NCBI GenBank assembly: GCA_024720975.1
Contig: JANJXX010000002.1
Coordinates: forward strand, 136,046 to 200,045
DNA length: 64,000 nucleotides
Reading direction: 5' to 3'
Source of the DNA: Thermoproteota archaeon
Lineage (GTDB): Archaea > Asgardarchaeota > Njordarchaeia > Njordarchaeales > Panguiarchaeaceae
The translations under genes were made by a program, and so were the position numbers. The notes below the pieces were generated by a model that had not been told where the DNA came from, made no database searches, and worked only from the letters and a program-made list of their open reading frames with translations. This document shows, piece after piece, positions 1 through 10,626 of the stretch (position 1 is its first letter; each line of letters starts with the position of its first letter).

Positions 1-2754
1 ATAGCAAAAGCGAAAAAATTACTCAAGATCATTAGAAAATTTAATATAGATGGTTGGAATTGGTTGGAAGATCTTACAAAAACGAGTGACTCCAAGAACA
101 GTAATGAAGAAACTAAACAATCAGAAAATAGCAAAAGTGCTGCAGACAAGAGATTCAGAGTAGAACCAAATTACGCATACATGAATGAAATCGTCATAGG
201 CCGGCCAATATTTGCTTCTCCTATGAAGCACGGTGGATTCAGATTAAGGTACGGAAGATCAAGAAATACCGGTTTAGCTGCAGTAGGTGTACATCCGGCT
301 ACGATGTACATTCTTGAAGAGTTCTTAGCCATATGCACGCAAATAAAGCCAGAAAGGCCAGGAAAAGGCGCTATAGTCACTCCAGTTGATTGCATAGAGC
401 CACCGGTCGTGTTACTTAAAGATGGCTCAGTCATTAAAGTTGAAACCATCGAGGAAGCACAAAAAATACGTGAATACATCGAAAAGATATTGTTCTTAGG
501 AGATATGCTCATAGGGATCGGAGAGTTCCTGGAAAATAATCACGTGATTCTGCCTTCGCCTATCGTTGATGATTGGTGGGAGAAAGAGCTATTAGAAAGA
601 CTTTCACAAATAAACGAAAGCGCAAAATTTTTAGAGTACAAGGAGAAATCTTTGAAGGATCCTGAATTCATGGCCAAACTATCAGAAAAATTAGCTATTC
701 CATGGCATCCTCGTTACACCTACTTCTGGAAAAATATATCAAAGGATGAATTAATTTACCTAGCCGAAAGAATTGCGAATTCACCAACTACTACAATTAA
801 CTTTGACGCATTGCTAAAAAAGATTCTAGAAAAACTTCTAGTAGAGCACAAGATTATTAATGGCAGCATCGTAATTAAGCCTGAGGATTTTGCTGCTCTT
901 AAGATAATAGCCGATAAGGTGCTCGATAACAAAGAAAAAATTAAACTAACATATATCAATGCGCTAGAGGTGTTGCAAGAAATAGGACTTAAGATCTACG
1001 ATAAGTACACCATTTTCATTGGAGCTCGGATGGGAAGACCCGAAAAGGCAAAGCGACGAGAAATGAAACCACTTGTGCATGTACTATTTCCTATCGGAGA
1101 GGCGGGAAAAACCACACGATCAGCGATACAAGCTATGGACAAAGAAAAGGTTTTCGAAATCGAAGCAAGTAGTATGTTCTGCAAAAAGTGCCGAAAGTTA
1201 ACGTTTTATCCATTTTGCCCATCTTGCAAATCACGTACAGTTCCTGTATTTGTATGCACAAACTGCAAACAAATATTCACGCAACCCACTAAAAAATGCA
1301 CGAAATGCAACAATCGAGTCTTGCCGTACACCAGATTCCAGGTAGATTTTAAGCAATTGCTAGCTGAGATTGAAGGGATACATGGAATAAAACCACCAAA
1401 AGATCTTAGATGTGTGATAGGCCTTATATCCAAAAGAAAAATGCCAGAATACTTAGCAAAAGGCATACTAAGAGCGAAGTATGATCTATCAGTTTTCCGA
1501 GACGGAACTATACGGTTTGATGCCACAGACGCTCCGTTAACACACTTTAAGCCGGTAGAAATTGGGGTTTCTGTAGAAAAATTAAGAGAATTAGGATATA
1601 CTCATGACATATACGGAAAGCCTCTAGAAGACTGTAACCAGATCCTGGAGTTGAAAGTTCAAGACATCATAATAAGCGAAACTGCTGCTGACTATCTCGT
1701 CAGAGTAGCACAATTCGTTGACGAACTTCTGGTAAAAGTCTATGGTCTCAAACCCTACTATAATGCTAAGGATAGATACAGCCTGCTGGGGCACCTAGTT
1801 ATTGGTCTCGCACCCCATACATCGGCGGGAATATTGGGCCGTATTGTAGGATTTACGAAAGCAAAATGCATCTTTGCCCATCCATATTGGCATGCAGCTA
1901 AAAGAAGAAACTGCGACGGTGATGAGGACTCAATAATGCTTCTACTCGATGCTCTTATTAACTTCTCGAAGGAGTACCTACCGAAAAGCCGGGGCGGAAA
2001 GATGGACGCTCCTCTCATAGTGACAGTAATATTAAACCCCTTGGAGGTTGATTCCGAAGTTTACAATCTGGACACAATGAGAGAAATACCGCTCGAATTT
2101 TATAGAAAATCACTTAATTATCCCGAGCCCTCTGAAATTGAAAGCATCATAAACAATGTTGAGAAGAGATTAAACACACCAGAGCAGTATGTAAATCTTC
2201 ATTTTTCAGTAGATACCTCCCAGATAGATCTAGGACCTATAACCACCGCCTATTCTAGAACTAGAAGCATATTAGATAAGCTTACAAAGCAAATAAATCT
2301 AATGAAGAAAATCGCCGCCGTAGATTATGCAGATTCCGTCGGAAGGATTCTAGACGGTCACATCCTCAGGGATATTTTTGGTAACTTAAGGTCGTTTGGT
2401 ACACAAACATTCAAGTGCACGAAATGCAGAAGGACTTACAGAAGAATGCCCATAACTGGCAAATGTCCCTCATGTGGAAATACTCTTCAGCTATCAGTAT
2501 ATATAAACATGATTCTGAAGTTCTTTAATACAGCTAACGAGATAGTCGACAACATGAGTGAAGAAGATTATAGATCGCAACAATTTAGCAGATTCCTAGC
2601 AACGGATTATAGAGTTTTACGCCCAGCTATAAAAGATTTGGCTGAGACATTAGCAAGTAATGATCTTGAAAACAATAATATTAGAAGGAACAAAAACGAA
2701 AATACTGCAGTAGTAAGGAAAATAAAGGTGAATCTATCAGACTTTTTCAGCTGA
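1..2754 (+). CDS. polC: DNA polymerase D large subunit DP2 (5'-truncated by window edge)
   Basis: Frame is open from base 1 (IAKAKKLL...GWNWLEDL). Motifs GGFRLRYGRSRNTG, RMGRPEKAK, catalytic KRRNCDGDED, Zn fingers, C-terminal PIP-box-like VNLSDFFS. No intein seen. Confidence 0.97.
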   Translation: MAKAKKLLKIIRKFNIDGWNWLEDLTKTSDSKNSNEETKQSENSKSAADKRFRVEPNYAYMNEIVIGRPIFASPMKHGGFRLRYGRSRNTGLAAVGVHPATMYILEEFLAICTQIKPERPGKGAIVTPVDCIEPPVVLLKDGSVIKVETIEEAQKIREYIEKILFLGDMLIGIGEFLENNHVILPSPIVDDWWEKELLERLSQINESAKFLEYKEKSLKDPEFMAKLSEKLAIPWHPRYTYFWKNISKDELIYLAERIANSPTTTINFDALLKKILEKLLVEHKIINGSIVIKPEDFAALKIIADKVLDNKEKIKLTYINALEVLQEIGLKIYDKYTIFIGARMGRPEKAKRREMKPLVHVLFPIGEAGKTTRSAIQAMDKEKVFEIEASSMFCKKCRKLTFYPFCPSCKSRTVPVFVCTNCKQIFTQPTKKCTKCNNRVLPYTRFQVDFKQLLAEIEGIHGIKPPKDLRCVIGLISKRKMPEYLAKGILRAKYDLSVFRDGTIRFDATDAPLTHFKPVEIGVSVEKLRELGYTHDIYGKPLEDCNQILELKVQDIIISETAADYLVRVAQFVDELLVKVYGLKPYYNAKDRYSLLGHLVIGLAPHTSAGILGRIVGFTKAKCIFAHPYWHAAKRRNCDGDEDSIMLLLDALINFSKEYLPKSRGGKMDAPLIVTVILNPLEVDSEVYNLDTMREIPLEFYRKSLNYPEPSEIESIINNVEKRLNTPEQYVNLHFSVDTSQIDLGPITTAYSRTRSILDKLTKQINLMKKIAAVDYADSVGRILDGHILRDIFGNLRSFGTQTFKCTKCRRTYRRMPITGKCPSCGNTLQLSVYINMILKFFNTANEIVDNMSEEDYRSQQFSRFLATDYRVLRPAIKDLAETLASNDLENNNIRRNKNENTAVVRKIKVNLSDFFS

Positions 2755-2826
2755 CTTTGAAAGCTGCTTCATTATTTTGCCATCGATCTGGTTTTTAACT
2801 AATTAGAAAAATAATGAAGTTGTTGT

Positions 2827-3816
2827 CTATTTCATGCCCGCGAGTTTAAGAAGATATTCCCAATCCCTGTCGACTTTTCTTTGAATTTCACTTATTATGT
2901 CATCTCTTCTAGTAGGTGTGAATAGATGACTAAAGCGTCCTTGTAACTTTAAGTACTCCTCCACAGGAACCTTTTTCTCCGGGTTTCGAGCGATTTCAAG
3001 AGATTTATCTGTTATCCTGTACTCCTTATTCTCAGGATCAAATTCCCAGAGCGGATGAAGGCATGTTTCCGTCGCTAACCTTGAGACGGTCATTGTTATT
3101 TTTGAACTATGATACCAACCCCTTGGACAAATTGATATCGCATGAATAAACGCGGGGCCATTATACTCAGCAGCGACTCTGACCTTCTTAACGAAGTCGA
3201 TCCAGAAGTATGGATTTGCTGTTGCAACGTACGCATTGCCGTGTGCAGCGATTATAAATCCGATTGGTTTTTTCCACTCCAATTTTCCAGGAATCACTAC
3301 TCCTGCGGGGGTTGTAGTAGTCTGAGCAAACTGCGGCGTTGAGGAACATCTCTGAATTCCAGTGTTCATGTATGCTTCATTATCATACAGAATGTAAACG
3401 AATTTGTGACCTCGCTCGACCGCACCACTTAGTGATTGTAGGCCGATATCATAAGTCCCACCATCACCACCAAAAACTAGGACTATAGGCAGATCATCTT
3501 TCCATACTGCCTTGGCTTTCAGAGCCTTGAATGCAGCTTCGATGCCCGAGGCAGTGGCAGCAGCATTTTCAAATGCATTGTGTATCCATGGTCGCTTCCA
3601 GGAGGTATATGGGTATATCGTACTTGCTACTTCAAGGCAGCCAGTAGCATTCACGATGACTACATTTTCAGGATTAGGTAATGCTTTTAATGCTAACTTT
3701 ACTATTACTGGAGCGGCACAACCTGCACACATTCTATGACCTGAGATGAAGTAGTCAGGTTTCTTAGCGAGTTCTATCGGTATCGGAGTCCACTTTAAAT
3801 CTTTCACTCCTACCAT
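2827..3816 (-). CDS. porB: Pyruvate/2-oxoacid:ferredoxin oxidoreductase beta subunit (TPP-binding)
   Basis: GHRMCAGC, ATGCLEV, GGDGGTYDIG...YDNEAYMNTGIQ, CPRGW. Confidence 0.95.
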   Translation of the reverse strand: MVGVKDLKWTPIPIELAKKPDYFISGHRMCAGCAAPVIVKLALKALPNPENVVIVNATGCLEVASTIYPYTSWKRPWIHNAFENAAATASGIEAAFKALKAKAVWKDDLPIVLVFGGDGGTYDIGLQSLSGAVERGHKFVYILYDNEAYMNTGIQRCSSTPQFAQTTTTPAGVVIPGKLEWKKPIGFIIAAHGNAYVATANPYFWIDFVKKVRVAAEYNGPAFIHAISICPRGWYHSSKITMTVSRLATETCLHPLWEFDPENKEYRITDKSLEIARNPEKKVPVEEYLKLQGRFSHLFTPTRRDDIISEIQRKVDRDWEYLLKLAGMK

Positions 3817-3829
3817 CTTACACCACCAT

Positions 3830-5077
3830 TCATTCTCTGACTCCGATGTATTTTTTAATGAACGGTTTCTCCTTACCTTCTTTTATTCGGATTAGTTCCT
3901 CAAAGGTTTTCTCAGCAAGCTCAGGTGTTAAGTCTCTTCCACCAAGACCGAATATATATGTGACTGTATTCTTAGGTCTATTTTTCGAATAGTACAAAGC
4001 TGATAGGACCTCAAGAGACAAGGGGCCCACCATAGCACCTGCATCTTGGGCTCTATCAAACACAGCAACGACTTCTTTATTCTCAAGTAACTTTTGAACC
4101 TCTTCCCACGGAAATGGTCTAAACATGCGCACTTTGAGTATACCTATCTTAGTCCCCCTCTCTCTATACTTTCGAGCAACCCATCTTAGCGTTCCTGCAG
4201 CGCTACCCATAACAACTGCAACTATATCAGCATCATCTACATTCCAGGGAACTAAACGACCATTTCCATATAGTCTTCCGCTTAACTCGTAATACTCTTT
4301 GTTGACTCTTTCGACGATCTCTGGGACTGCTTTCATCGCTTCAATTTGTTGTCTCTTAAACTCAAAGTAGTAGTCATAATAGCAGAATGGCCCGAAGGTT
4401 AAGGGTATCTTATTCCTAGGATTTAATGACAGTTCTACCTCCTCACCCATAAGCTTTATTCTGGCCACAGGTCTTACTTCTCCCACGAAATCTTTAACAA
4501 TTTTAGGATTTCCAAAGACTTTAAGATTCATCGCCGTATGCGATACTAAGAAGCCATCCAGACATACCATTGTTGGAAGGAGGACGTCAGGGTTCTCGGA
4601 AATTTTAAAAGCTTGAATTGTTGTGTCGTAGGCTTCTTGCGCGTCCTCAGTAAAAAGCATTATCCAGCCAGCATCGCGCTGACCCATGGCATCAGTATGA
4701 TCACAGTGTATGTTAATTGGTCCAGAAACAGCTCTATTAGCGACAGCCATCATAACAGGAAGTCTCATAGATGAAACTATGTAGAGAATTTCGTGCATGA
4801 GTTGAAGTCCATTGGCCGCTGTAGCAGTCGCCGTTCTCGCACCCGCAGCTGCTGCACCAACCATTGCAGAGATTGCGCTATGCTCGCTCTCAACATTTAT
4901 AAACTGCGTTCTAACTTCGCCATTTGCAACAAACTCTGCAAATTTCTCCACAATAAGTGTCTGGGGAGTTATAGGAAATGCCGCTACAACGTCCGGCTCT
5001 ACATGCTTCCAGGCCCATGCAACTGCAAAATCTCCGTTCAAGAGCATCTCTACTTGTTCTTCAACCATGAATATCAC
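3830..5077 (-). CDS. porA: Pyruvate/2-oxoacid:ferredoxin oxidoreductase alpha subunit
   Basis: AAFPITPQT, VESEHSA, NRAVSGPINIHCDH, GLGGRD. Start probably ATG at 5068. Confidence 0.95.
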   Translation of the reverse strand: MIFMVEEQVEMLLNGDFAVAWAWKHVEPDVVAAFPITPQTLIVEKFAEFVANGEVRTQFINVESEHSAISAMVGAAAAGARTATATAANGLQLMHEILYIVSSMRLPVMMAVANRAVSGPINIHCDHTDAMGQRDAGWIMLFTEDAQEAYDTTIQAFKISENPDVLLPTMVCLDGFLVSHTAMNLKVFGNPKIVKDFVGEVRPVARIKLMGEEVELSLNPRNKIPLTFGPFCYYDYYFEFKRQQIEAMKAVPEIVERVNKEYYELSGRLYGNGRLVPWNVDDADIVAVVMGSAAGTLRWVARKYRERGTKIGILKVRMFRPFPWEEVQKLLENKEVVAVFDRAQDAGAMVGPLSLEVLSALYYSKNRPKNTVTYIFGLGGRDLTPELAEKTFEELIRIKEGKEKPFIKKYIGVRE

Positions 5078-5376
5078 CTTTTCTCAAGCTCCATATTTAT
5101 TGCTTTTACCGGACAAACTTCAGCACAAATGCCACATCCTTTGCAAAATTCATAATCAACCTCAACCTTTTCAGGCCTGGAACCATCAGACGTCCAGTTG
5201 ATTTTTATTGACATCTCAGGACAATATATGTAGCAGAATAGACACTTTACGCACTTATTATGATTGATAATTGGTCTCTCACTGCGCCAATCTCCTGTCT
5301 TGTACTCTGTAGAGAACTTCCAGGGTATGCCAGCAATTGGAATCTCATGCCACTTTTTAAGCTCCCCACCACTCAC
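5074..5376 (-). CDS. porD: Pyruvate/2-oxoacid:ferredoxin oxidoreductase delta subunit (2x[4Fe-4S])
   Basis: TGDWR, CVKCLFCYIYCP and CKGCGICAEVCP. Confidence 0.95.
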   Translation of the reverse strand: MSGGELKKWHEIPIAGIPWKFSTEYKTGDWRSERPIINHNKCVKCLFCYIYCPEMSIKINWTSDGSRPEKVEVDYEFCKGCGICAEVCPVKAINMELEKR

Positions 5377-5972
5377 TCTCCTCTCACCTCTTTATATGCC
5401 CTTTCAACAGCATCGATATTACCCTTTACAATAGCCTCAGAATACCTACCACCTAAGACTTCTCTGACAGCATAGATTAAATCATTGAGAGATAAATACT
5501 TCACTCCTAGCTCCTCAAGAACTTTGATAACACTTCCTAGTATCGCCGTGTTCGCTATGGGTCTTTTTAGAGTTTCTAAGGCTATTCTGGTCCCATCCAC
5601 GGTATAGATCTTAACGCTTTCCGGAATCCCAAGCTTTTTCTTGAGTTCGGCTGGACTTTCGGAAGTATTAATCACAATAGCACCCTTATCCCTAATGAAA
5701 TCCTTTGCCATATGCGATAAAGTACCATCAACTACTGCAACAATCTCAGCCTGCGTTATTCCAGCGTGAATTTCAATCGGTTTATCGTGAATTCGAGCGT
5801 AAGCTTTCACGGGCGCACCCGAGCGCTCTGGGCCAAATTCTGGAAATGACTGCGCATACTTTCCAGCGCGCAAAGCCGCTTGAGCGATCAGTATACTACT
5901 TGTCCACGCACCCTGTCCACCACGGGCTAGAAATACGATCTCAAATGGCTTATCTTCCTGCATTTTGTACAA
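5373..5972 (-). CDS. porC: Pyruvate/2-oxoacid:ferredoxin oxidoreductase gamma subunit
   Basis: RGGQGA, FPEFGPERSGAPV, NTAILG; first gene of the por operon. Confidence 0.93.
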   Translation of the reverse strand: MYKMQEDKPFEIVFLARGGQGAWTSSILIAQAALRAGKYAQSFPEFGPERSGAPVKAYARIHDKPIEIHAGITQAEIVAVVDGTLSHMAKDFIRDKGAIVINTSESPAELKKKLGIPESVKIYTVDGTRIALETLKRPIANTAILGSVIKVLEELGVKYLSLNDLIYAVREVLGGRYSEAIVKGNIDAVERAYKEVRGE

Positions 5973-6203
5973 ACCTTTAGAACGTTCCAGTGAACTAAGA
6001 AAAAATTCGACTATTATTATCTAACAATATATAAAAGCCGCCTCAATGAGGGCCCATTAACCTTGCTTAGTATGTCAAGCATATTAAAGATTAGTGGCTT
6101 CTAACATTGCAAATGCGTCTAGGCATTTGGGGCTAAGAGGCTTGGCCTATCAACCGAAGAGAAGATACTATGCAGAACCGTTTGGTAATATTAATCTGAG
6201 AGA

Positions 6204-6286
6204 TGCGGGGGGCGGGATTCGAACCCGCGTAGGCATTCGCCACAGGGTCCTCAACCCTGCCCGTTTGACCACTCCGGAACCCCCGC
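6204..6286 (-). tRNA. tRNA-Leu(GAG)
   Basis: GCGGGGG acceptor stem, anticodon arm CAGGG-TTGAGGA-CCCTG, long variable arm, GGTTCGAATCC T-arm, A73; CCA not encoded. Confidence 0.95.
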
Positions 6287-6361
6287 ATGTCGTTAAAAGC
6301 TTGAGTAAGATTTATATCAAACCCAAGCTTAAATTTATGAAAGCATTAGTTATTTAAAATA

Positions 6362-8866
6362 GTGCACTTTCATGCATGTTGCTTCGCCTTTATCGAACTT
6401 CCCTCATACCACTCTAAGGGGTCCTGCTTGGTTTCTAAAAGTTTTGAGCTCATTAAATACCTGTTAGGGGACGACATTATAACTGAAATCGAACACGGCA
6501 CACACAGGAAAAAAATAGCTATGAAGCTCTTAGATAATTTACACCTTCTAAGGCTATTTCCACCTCTTAGGGATCTTCTTCCTGCTCTTGCAGCATCTCT
6601 CTTCGAGCCCCCTACTCATAGATTAACCCTCATAGAAAAATTTATAATAGAAAGAGGGCTACTCTCACGAGTATGGATTAAGGATACAGCCACCGAAGAA
6701 CTCCTTGGAAAGACCATTAAATTAATACAAGATCTTAGTCATGATACCCTGCTGAAGATATTGGCTGTGATCATGAAGAACTACGCTACAACAAGCGAAC
6801 TAGAATCGCGACTCGATCATCTTATTGATATGACTTTTACTCTGTATGCTCGCGCAGGGAAGTTCGATCTAACCGCACCCAAACTTTTTCCATCACCAAA
6901 ATTTTTATCAGAAATTACAAAGTGCAAAGAACTTGAGGCAAATCCTGATGAAATTATTAACGAGGCTATAAGGACTACATGCAGAATCCTGCCCAAGCGT
7001 CTGCTTAGTTATTTGGACTTTGCACTCAGAATCTTAACTGGTATAAGCTTGAGGGAGCTATCTTCAAATACTATATCTAAGTTACTCTTTAGTGAACGAT
7101 TGGAAGCCATAAAGATTGTATGCATCATCGCGATGCTATACGCCGGATCTTTTTCTCCTGATAGATTAAGAGAACAAATCAGGCTAAGCCTGTTAGAGTT
7201 TCTCATTCGGGAATACATTACATCCAACGACAACATGGTTCATGGCTGGCTAATCTCGTTACTGTTAACGGTGAGCGCATCTAGAGAAGAGCTACTTAAC
7301 CTTCTAACAATATATAAGCTCGCTTCAGTCCATGGAGGAAAAGTAATGCTAAGGCTTCTCGAAACATTATTCGAAAACTCTAATGCCTACCTAATTGCTT
7401 GCATGCTAATGCTCTTAACTGCACATCACAACGATGAACTAGAGGCCATAAGCTCACTTGCAATTTCAAGAAACAGTACTAGACTTAGGCTTATTAACAG
7501 CATACTCATTAAATCCGATCTTAAACCTCACGGATTGACTGCACCTATCCCCTGGGAGCTATATGGTTCCATCGATAAACTCCTTAGAAGTTGTAAATCA
7601 GCGATTACATATTACAAAAATTTATACATCCAGCCACCAAGAAACTTATTAAGACTTGACAAATTTCTAGAAAGTGCGAATAACATGATAAACCTCGAGC
7701 TTGAGGAGACAACCAACATAGAGGAACTCAAGCAGAAACTTGAACTTACGCTAGAAACTCTAAGTAGAGGTTATGCTTTCACTAGTGAAATGATAAGAAC
7801 CTTTGGAATGCTGCCAGGATTCTTCCAAACAATTAATGCTGTAAGGAACACCTGTAAAAAGCTTAGCGATAGGTGGGAATACACACTTACAAAGGACTAT
7901 CTAAATTTAGTCACCAAGCATCGAGATTTGTTCACGATATCATCTCTTGATGCTGTTCAAAGGGAACAGGAACCTATAATCTCCTTAATTATTGATGGCC
8001 TCCGCTTCGATGATCTAATTTTGCGGTTACTACCTAAGCTTAAAAAGCGCGGCTTTAGACTCATACAGGGGGGAGCGAAAATCTCTTTGCTACCATCAAT
8101 AACGACGGTATCAAGACGAGCTATAATATCTGGAGAACTTCCCCAGCTGCTAGCCTTCTCTAAAACATCCCTAAAGAGAGAAGACGAAATCCTACTGGGT
8201 AGATTCGGACAAAATATCGAGTCTTACTACGGACCAGTGGCAACTGTTTATAGCAAATTCTCAGAAAGAGAGTATCACTCAAACAAAGTGTTCATAGTAC
8301 TCAGTGAGCTCGAAAAATCTATGCACGGATCATCAGAAAAAATCCTAGCACATTTCGTGGATGAATATCTACATAGTATCGTTGAACTGATAATGTATCT
8401 AGTAACATCGATTACAAGAAAGCATAAAAAGATACGGATTCTTATATGTTCAGATCATGGTCTAAGCGCATTTGTGAAGTTTTATGACTTATCAATTTTC
8501 CTAGAAAAGCTAACAAACAAAAAACTCACTGATCCTTCATTGGAGCCGCTAATCAAGGAACGATTTGCCCTCATTCCATTAAGAAACCCGCAACAGATAT
8601 TAGAAGCCCAGCAAATTTACAGTTCCGAGGAAGAGTTTCGATACTCGTTTTGGTTATTACCTGCAGATAGTCTTGGCTTCAAGGAAATAGAGTTTTATCT
8701 GAAAGGAACGAAGACTCTAGCGAAAACTTGTCCCTCATCAAGAGTTGTAATAATATTTCCGAAGGGCGACAGGAAACTTATAAGTGGTAAGGGCGCCATA
8801 TATCACGGAGGTTTATCACCGGATGAAACATTTAGCGCCTATGCCTTACTCTCTTATGATGCTTAA
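6362..8866 (+). CDS. PglZ-domain (alkaline phosphatase superfamily) protein with long helical N-terminus
   Basis: C-terminal motifs IIDGLRFD, LLPSITTVSRRAI, CSDHG and YHGGLSPDE match the PglZ pattern. True start is likely downstream of 6362. Confidence 0.75.
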   Translation: MHFHACCFAFIELPSYHSKGSCLVSKSFELIKYLLGDDIITEIEHGTHRKKIAMKLLDNLHLLRLFPPLRDLLPALAASLFEPPTHRLTLIEKFIIERGLLSRVWIKDTATEELLGKTIKLIQDLSHDTLLKILAVIMKNYATTSELESRLDHLIDMTFTLYARAGKFDLTAPKLFPSPKFLSEITKCKELEANPDEIINEAIRTTCRILPKRLLSYLDFALRILTGISLRELSSNTISKLLFSERLEAIKIVCIIAMLYAGSFSPDRLREQIRLSLLEFLIREYITSNDNMVHGWLISLLLTVSASREELLNLLTIYKLASVHGGKVMLRLLETLFENSNAYLIACMLMLLTAHHNDELEAISSLAISRNSTRLRLINSILIKSDLKPHGLTAPIPWELYGSIDKLLRSCKSAITYYKNLYIQPPRNLLRLDKFLESANNMINLELEETTNIEELKQKLELTLETLSRGYAFTSEMIRTFGMLPGFFQTINAVRNTCKKLSDRWEYTLTKDYLNLVTKHRDLFTISSLDAVQREQEPIISLIIDGLRFDDLILRLLPKLKKRGFRLIQGGAKISLLPSITTVSRRAIISGELPQLLAFSKTSLKREDEILLGRFGQNIESYYGPVATVYSKFSEREYHSNKVFIVLSELEKSMHGSSEKILAHFVDEYLHSIVELIMYLVTSITRKHKKIRILICSDHGLSAFVKFYDLSIFLEKLTNKKLTDPSLEPLIKERFALIPLRNPQQILEAQQIYSSEEEFRYSFWLLPADSLGFKEIEFYLKGTKTLAKTCPSSRVVIIFPKGDRKLISGKGAIYHGGLSPDETFSAYALLSYDA

Positions 8867-9158
8867 ATCCGCCTTTGGGTTTCTCTTTTTCAGCACCCTC
8901 CGTTTTTACAGTCTTCTTGAGTTTTGATATCAGGGAGATTATATCTTTGAGAACATAGCGCGCACTTTCGCTAAGACCACTTTCAGCTGATACAAGAAGC
9001 TTTAGAGCAGCATCTATGACCTCTCCACCACATTTGTTACGTTTTACATAACCCTCAAGTGTATGAACACATCTATAGGCACTAATGGAGTCGCCGTCTC
9101 TTAATGCATTTATAATGTCCCCAGCAAGCCCAAGGACGAGCCTCTCCTCACATGTCAC
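8832..9158 (-). CDS. Hypothetical small helical protein with basic tail
   Basis: 4-bp GTGA overlap with the upstream Pop5 gene; no recognisable motif. Confidence 0.55.
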   Translation of the reverse strand: MTCEERLVLGLAGDIINALRDGDSISAYRCVHTLEGYVKRNKCGGEVIDAALKLLVSAESGLSESARYVLKDIISLISKLKKTVKTEGAEKEKPKGGFKHHKRVRHRR

Positions 9159-9523
9159 CTAGCAACACCATTAGCAGCTTTTAAGAATTCAATAAAGAGT
9201 TTCCGTGCGTTTAGTTCTTCCTTAAGCTTTCTGTATGTACCGGAACAGTACAAATCATTAAGAATAACCGGTGTTCCCTTGATTTCTCTGAGCAAACCTA
9301 AAGCCGTTCTGAGACGCCTCAAGTCTTCACTTAAGCACTTTATTATGACCAAGCCTCGCTGTTCATCAAAGTCCTCAATATTAAAGATAACATCATAAAA
9401 TGATCCAAATAGTTCGTATATCTTACGCTTAAGCTCCGCAACGAACTCATCCTTTGTTATGGTTCTGCTAGTTATAATCTCTAAAGCTAGCCATCTGTAC
9501 TTTCTCCTAATCAAAGAAAACAC
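9155..9523 (-). CDS. rnp2: RNase P protein component 2 (Pop5/Rpp14)
   Basis: RRKYRWLALEI, YELFGS, GLVIIKC, SGTYRKLKE. Confidence 0.88.
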   Translation of the reverse strand: MFSLIRRKYRWLALEIITSRTITKDEFVAELKRKIYELFGSFYDVIFNIEDFDEQRGLVIIKCLSEDLRRLRTALGLLREIKGTPVILNDLYCSGTYRKLKEELNARKLFIEFLKAANGVAR

Positions 9524-9591
9524 CTAACAGAGACTTATAATAATTACTAAACAAACAAGAAATTTGCAATTTTCGAGATGTAGATAATAAA

Positions 9592-10506
9592 TTACAGGCT
9601 AGTCATTAAACTGAGAGAAAGCGCGGCCAAGAGAGGAAAGAGTATGTTATCATTAATTGTTATGCGAGAAGCACCATTTATAAAATCAAGTATCGCCACT
9701 ATTAAAGACGCCGGTATGGCAATCCACCCCACGATGAGATAGCCAGCAAGAGAACCTGTGATGAAGTTCGCTAAGAATCCTTCCAAACTCCTATCGTTTA
9801 GTGCTATTCTTCTGCACTTCTTACCGATTATACATGCAGCCAAGTCAGCTAAAAATGCAATGGCTATTGCTGCAGCAACTATATCATCATGAGGAAAGAA
9901 TAACAACGCAACAAGATAAACTGCCGCTGCTGAATATAAATATGAAGCCAATTGATTAAGTTCTTTCTCCCTTAACAATACACCAAAAATCGCAGGTTTA
10001 TAATTGAGTCTCAAAAACTCAATAAAAGTAAACAGCATCAATAGCGCAAGCGCAACGGCAAACAACAAAAGACACAAAAAGCCCTCATCCCGCTTTGTAA
10101 TGAATATCCCAAATGTTGCATATGTACCATCAATGACAAAATTGTATATTTGACGGTAAAGATGTTTTGGAACAAATAATGCTAGGGCAATTAAATGAAA
10201 AGTCTTACGCTTAACTTCATCAATATATGTTTTATTATTTACTACTTTTATCTCGACGCGTCCTGTAGCAAATGTTATGAAAATAACTATAAGAATCACG
10301 ACTGGCAATATAAAGGCAGCAGCGATAGCTAGAAAATATTCCTCTGCCGGCGTGAATGGATTCATTCGAATAATATAAAGCAACCCCCACATCATGAGAC
10401 CTACCAGAAACGCTTCACTTTGAATGCTAGCATGCTTCTTTAGGGCTATGTAGCTTATAATCGCTGTCATTAGAACTTGAGCCAGTATTAGAAACACTAC
10501 TTGCAC
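9592..10506 (-). CDS. Dolichol/phytol kinase-like membrane protein (CTP-dependent, SEC59 family)
   Basis: Multiple TM segments; RKTFH, ADLAACIIGKK, RSLEG, DNILFP. Confidence 0.8.
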   Translation of the reverse strand: MQVVFLILAQVLMTAIISYIALKKHASIQSEAFLVGLMMWGLLYIIRMNPFTPAEEYFLAIAAAFILPVVILIVIFITFATGRVEIKVVNNKTYIDEVKRKTFHLIALALFVPKHLYRQIYNFVIDGTYATFGIFITKRDEGFLCLLLFAVALALLMLFTFIEFLRLNYKPAIFGVLLREKELNQLASYLYSAAAVYLVALLFFPHDDIVAAAIAIAFLADLAACIIGKKCRRIALNDRSLEGFLANFITGSLAGYLIVGWIAIPASLIVAILDFINGASRITINDNILFPLLAALSLSLMTSL

Positions 10507-10626
10507 CAGGTCAACAGTAGCGGCTAAAACTTATCCAAAGGTTTAAAAGTAAAGTCGGGGATTGCGTGATAAAGTCGAATTAGTAAATCTTAATCGTACA
10601 TAATAAAGGAATATAAAAACCCAATA

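Noticed and set aside
1-2754. Inteins in DP2 (also checked in MCM and Lhr)
   Set aside because: Conserved motifs are contiguous; no C...HN/C splice signatures or extra length
6094-6357. 87-aa ORF
   Set aside because: Antisense to tRNA-Leu(GAG); shadow ORF
6204-8866. Integrated element at tRNA-Leu carrying pglZ
   Set aside because: pglZ lies at the tRNA 5' side; no integrase and no duplicated tRNA 3' end (att) was found
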